A stretch of DNA of 64,000 bases from Eledone cirrhosa (lineage: Eukaryota): NCBI GenBank assembly GCA_964016885.1, contig OZ024743.1, positions 210,366,001 to 210,430,000 on the forward strand, read 5' to 3'. This document shows, piece by piece, positions 43,701-58,100 of this stretch (position 1 is the stretch's first letter; each line of letters starts with the position of its first letter). The notes below the pieces were generated by a model. The model made no database searches. It had not been told where the DNA came from and saw only the letters and a program-made list of their open reading frames with translations. The translations under genes and the position numbers were made by a program.

Positions 43701-46199
43701 CATAAGATATACCACAGTTTAGCATCCTATAGCCACACATGAAATCTCTTTACCCCATAAGATATACCACAGTTTACCATCCTATGGCCACACATGAAAG
43801 CTCTTCACTCCATAAGATATACCACAGTTTACCATCCTATGGCCACAGATGAAAGCTCTTCAGTCCATAATATATACCACAGTTTAACATCCTATAGCCA
43901 CACATGAAAGCTCTTCACTACATAAGATATACCACAGTTTACCATCCTATAGCCACACATGAGAGCTCTTCACTCCATAAGATATACCGCAGTTTACCAT
44001 CCTATGGCCACACATGAAAGCTCTTAATCCCATAAGATATACCACAGTTTACCATCCTATGGCCACACATGAAAGCTCTTCACTCCATAAGATATACCAC
44101 ATTTTACCATACTTTAGCCACAGATGAAAGCTCTTCACTCCATAAGATATACCACAGTTTACCATCCTATAGCCAGATGAAAGCTCTTCACTCCATAAGA
44201 TATACCACAGATTACCATCCTATTGCCACAGATGAAAGCTCTTCACTCCATAAGATATACCACAGTTTACCATCCTATGACCACACATGATAGCTCTTCA
44301 CTCCATAAGATATACCACAGTTTACCATCCTATAGCCACAGATGAAACTCTTCACTCCATAAGATATACCACAGTTTACCATTCTATGGCCACACATGAA
44401 AGCTCTTCACCCCATAAGATATACCACAGTTTACCATCCTGTAACAAGATGAATCCTCTTCACTCCATAAGATATACCACAGTTTACCATCCTATAGCCA
44501 CACATGAAAGCTCTTCACTCCATAAGATATACCACAGTTTACCATCCTATAGCCACACATGAAAGCTCTTCACTTCATAAGATATACCACAGTTTACCAT
44601 CCTATAGCCACACATAAAAGCTCTTCATTCCATACGATATACCACAGTTTACCATCATATAGCCACAGGTGAAAGCTCTTCACTCCATAAGATATACCAC
44701 AGTTTACCATCCTATATTCACAGATTAAAGCTCTTCACCCCATAAGATATACCACAGTTTACCATCCTATGGCCACACATGAAAGCTCTTCACCCCATAA
44801 GATATACCACAGTTTACCATCCTATGGCTACACTTGAAAGCTCTTCACTCCATAAGATATACCACAGTTTACCATCCTATGGCCATACATGAAAGCTCTT
44901 CACTCCATATGATATACCACAGTTTACCGTCCTATAGCCACAGATGAACGCTCTTCACTCCATAAGATATACCACAGTTTACCATCCTATAATCACAGTT
45001 GAAAGCTCTTCACTCCATAAGATATACCACAGTTTACCATCCTATATCCAGATGAAAGCTCTTCACTCCATCAGATATACCACAGTTTACCATCCTATGG
45101 CCACACATGAAAGCTCTTCACTCCATAAGATATACCACAGTTTACAATCCTATGGCCACACATGAAAGCTCTTCACCCCATAAGATATACCACAGTTTAC
45201 AATCCTATGGCCACAGATGAAAGCTCTTCACTCCATAAGATATATCACAGTTTACCACCCTATAGCCACACATGAAAGCTCTTCACTCCATAAGTTATAC
45301 CTCAGATTACCATCCTATAGCCACACATGAGAGCTCTTCACTCCATAAGATATACCACAGTTTACCATCCTATAGCCAGATGAAAGCTCTTCACCCCATA
45401 AGATATACCACAGTTTACCATCCTATAGCCAGATGAAAGCTCTTCACTCCATAAGATATACCACAGTTTACCATCCTATAGTCAGATGAAAGCTCTTCAC
45501 TCCATAAGATATACCACAGTTTACCATCCTATAGCCACAGATGAAAGCTCTTCACTCCATAAGATATACCACAGTTTACTATCCTATGGCCACAGATGAA
45601 AGATCTTCACACCATAAGATATACCACAGTTTACCATCCTATAGCCACAGATGAAAGCTCTTCACTCCATAAGATATACCACACTTTACCATCCTATAGC
45701 CACACATGAAAGCTCTTCACTCCATAAGATATACCACAGTTTACCATCCTATAGCCAGATGAAAGCACTTCACTCCATAAGATATATACCACAGTTTACC
45801 ATCCTATAGCCACAGATGAAAGCTCTTCACTCCATAAGATATACCACAGTTTACCATCCTATAGCCATACATGACAGCTCTTCAGTCCATAAGATATACC
45901 ACAGTTTACCATCCTATAGCCACACATGAAGGCTCTTCACTCCATAAGATATACCACAGTTTACCATCTTATAGCCACAGATGAAAGCTCTTCACTCCAT
46001 AAGATATACCACAGTTTACCATCCTGTAGCCAGATGAAAGCTCTTCACTCCATAAGATATACCACAGTTTACCATCCTATAGCCACACTAAAGCTCTTCA
46101 CTCCATAAGTTATACCACAGTTTACCATCCTATAGCCAGATGAAAGCTCTTCACTCCATAAGATATACCACAGTCTACCATCCTATAGCCACAGATGAA

Positions 46200-49100
46200 A
46201 GCTCTTCACTCCATAATATATACCACAGTTTACCATCCTATGGCCACAGATGAAAGCTCTAGAACTCCATAATATATATCACAGTTTACCAACCTATAGC
46301 CACAGATGAAAGCTCTTCACTCCATAAGATATACCACAGTTTACCATCCTATAGCCACAGATGAAAGCTCTTCACTCCATAAGATATACCACAGTTTACC
46401 ATCCTATAGCCACAGATGAAAGCTTTTCACTACATAAGATATACCACAGTTTACCAACCTATAGCCACAGATGAAAGCTCTTCACTCCATAAGTTATACC
46501 ACAGTTTACCATCCTATAGCCAGATGAAAGCTCTTCACTCCATAAGATATACCACAGTCTACCATCCTATAGCCACACATGAAAGCTCTTCACTCCATAA
46601 GATATACCACAGTTCACCATCCTATAGCCACAGATGAAAGCTCTTCACTCCATAAGATATACCACAGTTTACCATCCTATAGTCAGATGAATGCTCTTCA
46701 CTCCATAAGATATACTACAGTTTACCATCCTATAGCCACAGATGAAAGCTCTTCACTCCATAAGATATACCACAGTTTACTATTCTATGGCCACAGATGA
46801 AAGATCTTCACTCCATAAGATATACCACAATTTACCATCCTATAGCCACACATGAAAGCTCTTCACTCCATAAGATATACCCCAGTTTACCATCCTATAG
46901 CCACACACGAAAGCTCTTCACTCCATAAGATATACCACAGTTTACCATCCTATAGCCACAGATGAAAGCTCTTCACTCCATAAGATATACCACAGTTTAC
47001 CATCCTATAGCCAGATGAAAGCTCTTCACTCCATAAGATATACCACAGATTACCATCCTATTGCCACAGATGAAAGCTCTTCACTCCATAAGATATACCA
47101 CAGTTTACCATCCTATGACCACACATGATAGCTCTTCACTCCATAAGATATACCACAGTTTACCATCCTATAGCCATACATAAAAGCTCTTCAGTCCATA
47201 AGATATACCACAGTTTACCATCCTATAGCCACACATGAAAGCTCTTCACTCCATAAGATATACCACAGTTTATCATCTTATAGCAACAGATGAAAGCTCT
47301 TCACTCCATAAGATATACCACAGTTTACCATCCTGTAGCCAGATGAAAGCTCTTCACTCCAGAAGATATACCACAGTTCACCATCCTATAGCCACACATG
47401 AAAGCTCTTCACTCTATAAGTTATACCATAGTTTACCATCCTATAGCCAGATGAAAGCTCTTCACTCCATAAGATATACCACAGATTACCATCCTATTGC
47501 CACAGATGAAAGCTCTTCACTCCATAAGATATACCACAGTTTACCATCCTATAGCCACAGATGAAAGCTCTTCACTCCATAAGATATACCACAGTTTACC
47601 ATCCTATAGCCACAGATGAAAGCTCTTCACCACATAAGATATACCACAGTTTTAGCATCCTGTAGCAAGATGAAAGCTCTTCACTCCATAAGATATACCA
47701 CAGTTTACCATCCTATAGCCACACATGAAAGCTCTTCACTCCATAAGATATACCACAGTTTACCATCCTATAGCCACACATGAAAGCTCTTCACTCCATA
47801 AGATATACCACAGTTTACCATCCTGTAGCCAGATGAAAGCTCTTCACTGCATAAGATATACCACAGTTTACCATCCTATAGCCACACATGAAAGCTCTTC
47901 ACTCCATAAGATATACCTCAGTTTACCAACCTATAGCCACAGATGAAGCTCTTCACTCCATAAGTTATACCGCAGTTTACCATCCTATAGCCAGATGAAC
48001 GCTCTTCACTCCATAAGATATACCAGTTTACCATCCTATAGCCACAGATGAAAGCTCTTCACTCCATAAAATATACCACAGTTCAGCATGCTATGGCCAG
48101 ATGAAAGCTCTTCACTCCATAAGATATACCACAGTCTACCATCCTATAGCCACACATAAAAGCTCTTCACTCCATAAGATATACCATAGTTTACCATCCT
48201 ATAGCCACAGATGAAAGCTCTTCACACCATAAGATAGACCACAGTTTACCATCCTATGGCCACACATGAAAACTCTTCACCCCATAAGATATACCACAGT
48301 TTACCATCCTATGGCTACACTTGAAAGCTCTTCACTCCATAAGATATACCACAGTTTACCATCCTATAGCCATACATGAAAGCTCTTCAGTCCATAAGAT
48401 ATACCACAGTTTACCGTCCTTTAGCCACAGATGATCGCTCTTCACTCCATAAGATATACCACAGTTAACCATCATATAATCACAGATGAAAGCTCTTCAC
48501 TCCATCCGATATACCACAGTTAACCATCCTATAGCCAGATGAAAGCTCTTCACTCCATAAGATATACCACAATTTACCATCCTATAGCCACACATGAAAG
48601 CTCTTTAACCCATAAGATATACCACAGTTTACCATCCTATAGCCACACATGAAAGCTCTTCACTCCATAAGATATACCACAGTTTACCATCCTGTATCCA
48701 GATGAAAGCTCTTCACTCCATAAGATATACCACAGTTTACCATCATATAGCCAAACATGAAAGCTCTTCACTCCATAAGATATACCTCAGTTTACTAACC
48801 TATAGCCACAGCTGAAACTCTTCACTCCATAAGTTATACCACAGTTTACCATCCTATAGCCACAGATGAAAGCTCTTCACTCCATAAGATATACCACAGA
48901 TTACCATCCTATTGGCACAGATGAAAGCTCTTCACTCCATAAGATATACCACAGTGTACCATCCTATGACCACACATGAAACTCTTCACTCCATAAGATA
49001 TACCACAGTTTAAAATCCTGTAGCCAGATGAAAGCTCTTCGCTCCAGAAGATATACCACAGTTTACCATCCTATAGCGACAGATGAAAGCTCTTCACTCC

Positions 49101-52100
49101 ATAAGATATACCACAGTTTACCATCCTATAGCCACATGAAAGCTCTTTACTCCATAAGATATACCAGTTTACCATCCTATAGCCACAGATGAAAGCTCTT
49201 CACTCCATAAGATATACCACAGTTCACCATCCTATAGCCAGATGAAAGCTCTTCACTCCATAAAATATACCACAGTTTACCATCCTATAGCCACAGATGA
49301 AAGCTCTTCACTCCTTAAGATATACCACAGTTTACCATCCTATAGCCACACATGAAAGCTCTTCACTCCATAAGATATACCACATTTTACCATCCTATAG
49401 CCACACATGAGAGCTCTTCACTTCATAAGATATACCACAGTTTACCATCCTATAGCCACACATGAAATCTCTTCGCTCCATAAGATATACCACAGTTTAC
49501 CATCCTATGGCCACACATGAATGCTCTGCACCCCATAAGATATACCACAGTTTACCATCCTATGGCCACACATGAAAGCTCTTCACTCCATAAGATATAC
49601 CACAGTTTACCAACCTATGGCCACACATGAAAGCTCTTCACCACATAAGATATACCACAGTTTACCATCCTGTAGCAAGATGAAAGCTCTTCACTCCATA
49701 AGATATACCACAGTTTACCAACCTATTGCCACACATGAAAGCTCTTCACTCCATAAGATATATCTCAGTTTACTAACCTATAGCCACAGATGAAAGCTCT
49801 TCACTCCATAAGTTATACCACAGTTTACCATCCTATAAAACCACAGATGAAAGCTCTTCACTCCATTAGATATACCACAGTTTACCATCCTATAGCCAGA
49901 TGAAAGCTCTTCACTCAATAAGATATACCAGTTTACCATCCTATAGCCACAGATGAAAGCTCTTCCCTCCATATTATATACCACAGTTCACCATCCTATA
50001 GCCAGATGAAAGCTCTTCACTCCATAAGATATACCACAGTTTACCATCCTATAGCCACAGATGAAAGCTCTTCACTCCATAAGATATACCACAGTTTACC
50101 ATCCTATAGCCACACATGAAAGTTCTTCACTCCATAAGATATACCACAGTTTACCATCCTATAGCCACACATGAGAGCTCTTCACTCCATAAGATATACC
50201 ACAGTTTACCATCCTATAGCCACACATGAAAGCTCTTCACTCCATGAGAATTACCACAGTTTACAATTCTATGGCCACACATGAAAGCCCTTCACCCCAT
50301 AAGATATACCACTGTTTACCATCCTATGGTTACCCATGAAAGCTCTTCACTCCATAAGATATACCACAGTTTACCATCCTATAGCCACAGATGAACGCTC
50401 TTCACTCCATAAGATGTACTACAGTTTACCATCCTATAGTCACAGATGAAAGCTGTTCACTCCATAAGATATACCACAGTTTAACATCCTATACCCAGAT
50501 GAAAGCTCTTCACTCCATCACATATACCACAGTTTACCATCCTATAGCCACACATGAAAGCTCTTCACTCCATAAGATATACCACAGTTTACCATCCTAT
50601 ACCCAGATGAAAGCTCTTCACTCCATCAGATATACCACAGTTTACCATCCTATGGCCACACATGAAAGCTATTCACCCCATAAGATATACCACAGTTTAC
50701 CATCCTATAGCCGGATGAAAGCTCTTCACTCCATAACATATACCACAGTTTACCATCCTATAGCCACACATGAAAGCTCTTTAACCCATAAGATATACCA
50801 CAGTTTACCATCCTATAGCCAGATGAAAGCTCTTCACTCCATAAGATATACCACAGTTTACCATCCTATAGCCACAGATGAAAGCTCTTCACTCCTTAAG
50901 ATATACCACAGTTTACCATCCTATAGCCACACATGAAAGCTCTTCACTCCATAAGATATACCACATTTTACCATCCTATAGCCACACATGAAAGCTCTTC
51001 ACTCCATAAGATATACCTCAGTTTACCAACCTATAGCCACTGATGAAACTCTTCACTCCATAAGATATACCACAGTTTAAAATCCTGTAGCCAAATGAAA
51101 GCTCTTCACTCCAGAAGATATACCACATTTTACCATCCTATAGCCACAGATGAAAGCTCTTCGTTCCATAAGATATACCACAGTTTACCATCTTATGGCC
51201 ACACATGAAAGCTCTTCACCCCATAAGATATACCACAGTTTAAAATCCTGTAGCCAGATGAAAGCTCTTCACTTCATAAGATATACCACAGTTTACCATC
51301 CTATGGCCATACATGAAAGCTCTTCACTCCATAAGATATACCACAGTTTACCATCCTATACCCAGATGAAAGCTCTTCACTTCATCAGATATACCACAGT
51401 TTACCATCCTATGGCCACACATGAAAGCTCTTCACTCCATAAGATATACCACAGTTTACCAACCTATGGCCACACATGAAAGCTCTTCACCACATAAGAT
51501 ATACCACAGTTTACCATCCTGTAGCAAGATGAAAGCTCTTCACTCCATAAGATATACCACAGTTTACCATCCTATAGCCACACATGAAAGCTCTTCACTC
51601 CATAAGATATACCACAGTTTACCAACGTATTGACACATATGAAAGCTCTTCACTCCATAAGATATACCACAGTTTACGATCCTGTAGCCAGATGAAAGCT
51701 CTTCACTCCATAAGATATACCACAGTTTACCATCATATAGCCACACATGAAATCTCTTCACTCCATAAGATATATCTCAGTTTACTAACCTATAGCCACA
51801 GATGAAACTCTTCACTCCATAAGTTATACCACAGTTTACCATCCTATAGCCACAGATGAAAGCTCTTCACGCCATCAGATATACCACAGATTACCATCCT
51901 ATAGCCAGATGAAAGCTCTTCACTCCATAAGATATACCACAGTTTACCATCCTATAGCCACAGATGAAAGCTCTTCACTCCATAAGATATACCACAGTTT
52001 ACCATCCTATAGCCACACATGAGAGCTCTTCACTCCATAAGATATACCACAGTTTACCATCCTATAGCCACACATGAAAGCTCTTCACCCCATAAGATAT

Positions 52101-55100
52101 ACCACAATTTACCATCCTATGGCTACCCATGAAAGCTCTTGACTCCATAAGAAATACCACAGTTTACCAGCCTATAGCCACAGATGAACGCTCTTCACTC
52201 CATAAGATATACTACAGTTTACCATCCTATAGTCACAGATGAAAGCTGTTCACTCCATAAGATATACCACAGTTTACCATCCTATACCCAGATGAAAGCT
52301 CTTCACTCCATCACATATACCACAGTTTACCATCCTATAGCCACACATGAAAGCTCTTCACTCCATAAGATATACCACAGTTTACCATCCTATACCCAGA
52401 TGAAAGCTCTTCACTCCATCAGATATACCACAGTTTACCATCCTATGGCCACACATGAAAGATATTCACCCCACAAGATATACCACAGTTTACCATCCTA
52501 TAGCCAGATGAAAGCTCTTCACTCCATAAGATATACCACAGTTTACCATCCTATAGCCACACATGAAAGCTCTTTAACCCATAAGATATACCACAGTTTA
52601 CCACCCTATAGCCAGATGAAAGCTCTTCCCTCCATAAGATATACCACAGTTTACCATCCTATAGCCACAGATGAAAGCTCTTCACTCCATAAGATATACT
52701 ACAGTTTACCATCCTGTAGCCACACATGAAAGCTCTTCACTCCATAAGATATACCATAGTTTATCATTGTATAGCCACACATGAAAGCTCTTCACTCCAT
52801 AAGATATACCACAGTTTACCATCCTATAGCCACTGATGAAAGTTCTTCACCCCATAAGATATACCACAGTTTACCATCCTATAGCCAGATGAAAGCTCTT
52901 CACCCCATAAGATATACCACAGTTTACGATCCTATAGCCACACATGAAAGCTCTTCACCCCATAAGATATACCACAGTTTACCATCCTATAGCCACAGAT
53001 GAAAGCTCTTCACTCCATAAGATATACCACAGTTTACCATCCTATAGCGAGATGAAAGCTCTTCACCCCATAAGATATACCACAGTTTACCATCCTGTAG
53101 CAAGATGAAAGCTCTTCACTCCATAAGATATACCACAGTTTACCATCCTATAGCCACACATGAAAGATCTTCACTCCATAAGATATACCACAGTTTACCA
53201 TCCTATAGCCACTGATGAAACTCTTCACTCCAGAAGATATACCACAGTTTAAAATCCTGTAGCCAGATGAAAGCTCTTCACTCCAGAAGATATACCACAG
53301 TTTACCATCCTATAGCGACAGATGAAAGCTCTTCACTCCATAAGATATACCACAGTTTACCATCCTATAGCCACATGAAAGCTCTTTACTCCATAAGATA
53401 TACCAGTTTACCATCCTATAGCCACAGATGAAAGCTCTTCACTCCATAAGATATACCACAGTTCACCATCCTATAGCCAGATGAAAGCTCTTCACTCCAT
53501 AAGATATACCACAGTTTACCATCCTATAGCCACAGATGAAAGCTCTTCACTCCTTAAGATATACCACAGTTTACCATCCTATAGTCACACATGAAAGCTC
53601 TTCACTCCATAAGATATACCACATTTTACCATCCTATAGCCACACATGAGAGCTCTTCACTTTCATAAGATATACCACAGTTTACCATCCTATAGCCACA
53701 CATGAAATCTCTTCGCTCCATAAGATATACCACAGTTTACCATCCTATGGCCACACATGAAAGCTCTTCACCCCATAAGATATACCACAGTTTACCATCC
53801 TATAGCCACACATGAAAGCTCTTCACTCCATAAGATATACCACAGTTTACCATCCTATGGCCATACATGAAAGCTCGTCACTCCATAAGATATACCACAG
53901 TTTACCATCCTATACCCAGATGAAAGCTCTTCACTTCATCAGATATACCACAGTTTACCATCCTATGGCCACACATGAATGCTCTGCACCCCATAAGATA
54001 TACCACAGTTTACCATCCTATGGCCACACATGAAAGCTCTTCACTCCATGAGATATACGACAGTTTAACAACCTATGGCCACACATGAAAGCTCTTCACC
54101 ACAAAAGATATACCACAGTTTACCATCCTGTAGCAAGATGAAAGCTCTTCACTCCATAAGATATACCACAGTTTACCAACCTATTGCCACACATGAAAGC
54201 TCTTCACTCCATAAGATATATCTCAGTTTACTAACCTATAGCCACAGATGAAAGCTCTTCACTCCATAAGTTATACCAGAGTTTACCATCCTATAGCCAC
54301 AGATGAAAGCTCTTCACTCCATTAGATATACCACAGTTTACCATCCTATAGCCAGATGAAAGCTCTTGACTCAATAAGATATACCAGTTTACCATCCTAT
54401 AGCCACAGATGAAAGCTCTTCACTCCATATTATATACCACAGTTCACTATCCTATAGCCAGATGAAAGCTCTTCACTCCATAAGATATACCACAGTTTAC
54501 CATCCTATAGCCACAGATGAAAGCTCTTCACTCCATAAGATATACCACAGTTTACCATCCTATAGCCACAGATGAACGCTCTTCACTCCATAAGATTTAC
54601 TACAGTTTACCATCCTATAGTCACAGATGAAAGCTGTTCACTCCATAAGATATACCATAGTTTACCATCCTATACCCAGATGAAAGCTCTTCACTCTATC
54701 ACATATACAACAGTTTACCATCCTATAGCCACACATGAAAGCTCTTCACTCCATAAGATATACCACAGTTTACCATCCTATACCCAGATGAAAGCTCTTC
54801 ACTCCATCAGATATACCACAGTTTACCATCCTATGGCCACACATGAAAGCTATTCACCCCATAAGATATACCACAGTTTACCATCCTATAGCCAGATGAA
54901 AGCTCTTCACTCCATAAGATATACCACAGTTTACCATCCTATAGCCACACATGAAAGCTCTTTAACCCATAAGATATACCACAGTTTACCATCCTATAGC
55001 CAGATGAAAGCTCTTCACTCCAGAAGATATACCACAGTTTACCATCCTATAGCGACAGATGAAAGCTCTTCACTCCATAAGATATACCTCAGTTTACCAT

Positions 55101-58100
55101 CCTATAGCCACATGAAAGCTCTTTACTCCATAAGATATACCAGTTTACCATCCTATAGCCACAGATGAAAGCTCTTCACTCCTTAAGATATACCACAGTT
55201 TACCATCTTATAGCCACACATGAAAGCTCTTCACTCCATAAGATATACCACATTTTACCATACTATAGCCACACATGAGAGCTCTTCACTTCATAAGATA
55301 TACCACAGTTTACCATTCTATAGCCACACATGAAAGCTCTTCGCTCCATAAGATATACCACAGTTTACCATCCTATGGCCATACATGAAAGCTCTTCACT
55401 CCATAAGATATACCACAGTTTACCATCCTATACCCAGATGAAAGCTCTTCACTTCATCAGATATACCACAGTTTACCATCCTATGGCCACACATGAAAGC
55501 TCTTCACTCCATAAGATATACCACAGTTTACCAACCTATGGCCACACATGAAAGCTCTTCACCACATAAGATATACCACAGTTTACCATCCTGTAGCAAG
55601 ATGAAAGCTCTTCACCCCATAAGATATACCACAGTTTACCATCCTGTAGCAAGATGAAAGCTCTTCACTCCATAAGATATACCACAGTTTACCATCCTAT
55701 AGCCACACATGAGAGCTCTTCACTCCATAAGATATACCACAGTTTACCATCCTATAGCCACACCTGAAAGCTCTTCACTCCATAAGAATTAGCACAGTTT
55801 ACCATTCTATGGCCAAACATGAAAGCTCTTCACCCCATAAGATATACCACAGTTTACCATCCTATAACAAGATGAAAGCTCTTCACCCCATAAGATATAC
55901 CACAGTTTACCATCCTATAGCCACACATGAAAGATCTTCACTCCATAAGATATACCATAGTCTACCATCCTATAGCCACAGATGAAAGCTCTTCACTCCA
56001 TAAGATATACCACAGTTTACAATCCTGTAGCCAGATGAAAGATCTTCACTCCATAAGATATACCACAGTTTACCATCCTATAGCCACACATGAAAGCTCT
56101 TCACTCCATAAGATATACCTCAGTTTACCAACCTGTAGCCACAGATGAAACTCTTCACTCCATAACATATACCACAGTTTTCAATCCTGTAGCCAGATGA
56201 AAGCTCTTCACTCCATAAGATATACCACAGTTTACCATCCTATAGCGACAGATGAAAGCTCTTCACTCCATAAGATATACCACAGTTTACCATCCTATAG
56301 CCAGATGAAAGCTCTTCACTCCATAAGATATACCACAGTTTACCATTCTATAGCCACAGATGAAAGCTCTTCACCCCATAAGATATACCACAGTTTACCA
56401 TCCTATAGCCACAGATGGAAGCTCTTCACTCCATAAGATATACCACGGTTCACCATCCTATAGCCACAGATGAAAGCTCTTCACTCCATAAGATATACCA
56501 CAGTTTATCATCCTATAGCCACACATGAAAGCTCTTCACTCCATAAGATATACCACATTTTACCATCATATAGCCACAGATGAAAGCTTTTCACTCCATA
56601 ATATATACCACAGTTTACCATCCTATAGCCAGATGAAAGCTCTTCACTCCATAAGATATACCACAGTTTACCATCCTATAGCCACAGATGAAAGCTCTTC
56701 ACTCCATAAGATATACCACAGTTTACTATCCTATGGCCACAGATGAAAGCTCTTCACTCCATAAGATATACCACAGTTTACCATCCTATAGCGACATATG
56801 AAAGCTCTTCACTCCATAAGATATACTCAGTTTACCATCCTATAGCCACATGAAAGCTCTTTACTCCATAAGATATACCAGTTTACCATCCTATAGCCAC
56901 AGATGAAAGCTCTTCACTCCATAAGATATACCACAGTTCACCATCCTATAGCCAGATGAAAGCTCTTCACTCCATAAGATATACCACAGTTTACCATCCT
57001 ATAGCCACAGATGAAAGCTCTTCACTCCTTAAGATATACCACAGTTTACCATCCTATAGCCACACATGAAAGCTCTTCACTCCATAAGATATACCACATT
57101 TTACCATACTATAGACACACATGAGAGCTCTTCGCTCCATAAGATATACCACAGTTTACCATCCTAGACCCAGATGAAAGCTCTTCACTTCATCAGATAT
57201 ACCACCATCCTATGGCCACACATGAAAGCTCTTCACTCCATAAGATATACCACAGTTTACCAACCTATGGCCACACATGAAAGCTCTTCACCACATAAGA
57301 TATACCACAGTTTACCATCCTGTAGCAAGATGAAAGCTCTTCACCCCATAAGATATACCACAGTTTACCATCCTGTAGCAAGATGAAAGCTCTTCACTCC
57401 ATAAGATATACCACAGTTTACCATCCTATAGCCAGATGAAAGCTCTTCACTCCATAAGATATACCACAGTTTACCATCCTATAGCCACACATGAAAGCTC
57501 TTCACCCCATAAGATATACCACAGTTTACCATCCTATAGCCACACATGAAAGCTCTTCACTCCATAAGATATACCACAGTTTACCATCCTATAGCGAGAT
57601 GAAAGCTCTTCACCCCATAAGATATACCACAGTTTACCATCCTGTAGCAAGATTAAAGCTCTTCACTCCATAAGATATACCACAGTTCACCATCCTATAG
57701 CCACACATGAAATATCTTCACTCCATAAGATATACCACAGTTTACCATCCTATAGCAAGATGAAAGCTCTTCACCCCATAAGATATACCACAGTTTACCA
57801 TCCTGTAGCAAGATGAAAGCTCTTCACTCCATAAGTTATACCACAGTTTACCATCCTATAGCCACACATGAAAGATCTTCACTCCATAAGATATACCACA
57901 GTTTACCATCCTATAGCCACACATGAAAGCTCTTCACTCGATAAGATATACCTCAGTTTACCAACCTATAGCCACTGATGAAACTCTTCACTCCATAAGA
58001 TATACCATAGTTTAAAATCCTGTAGCCAGATGAAAGCTCTTCACTCCAGAAGATATACCACAGTTTACCATCCTATAGCGACAGATGAAAGCTCTTCACT

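Larger units (their letters stand above)
16900..46200. repeat. Domain B multi-monomer blocks, irregularly duplicated
   Basis: The markers CATTTTACCA(T/C)ACTTTAGCC, TGTAACAAGATGAAT and AAACCCTTCAC..TTATACCGC are confined to this interval. TGTAACAAG-type monomers occur about 16 times between ~18370 and ~44440. Confidence 0.85.

Noticed and set aside
37786-51761. Three short minus-strand ORFs with Cys/His and a KSF motif (CGYRMVNCGISYGVKSFH), superficially like zinc fingers
   Set aside because: They lack C-x2-4-C-x12-H-x3-5-H spacing, the TGEKP linker and the 84-bp period. They are reverse translations of the satellite opened by chance indels.
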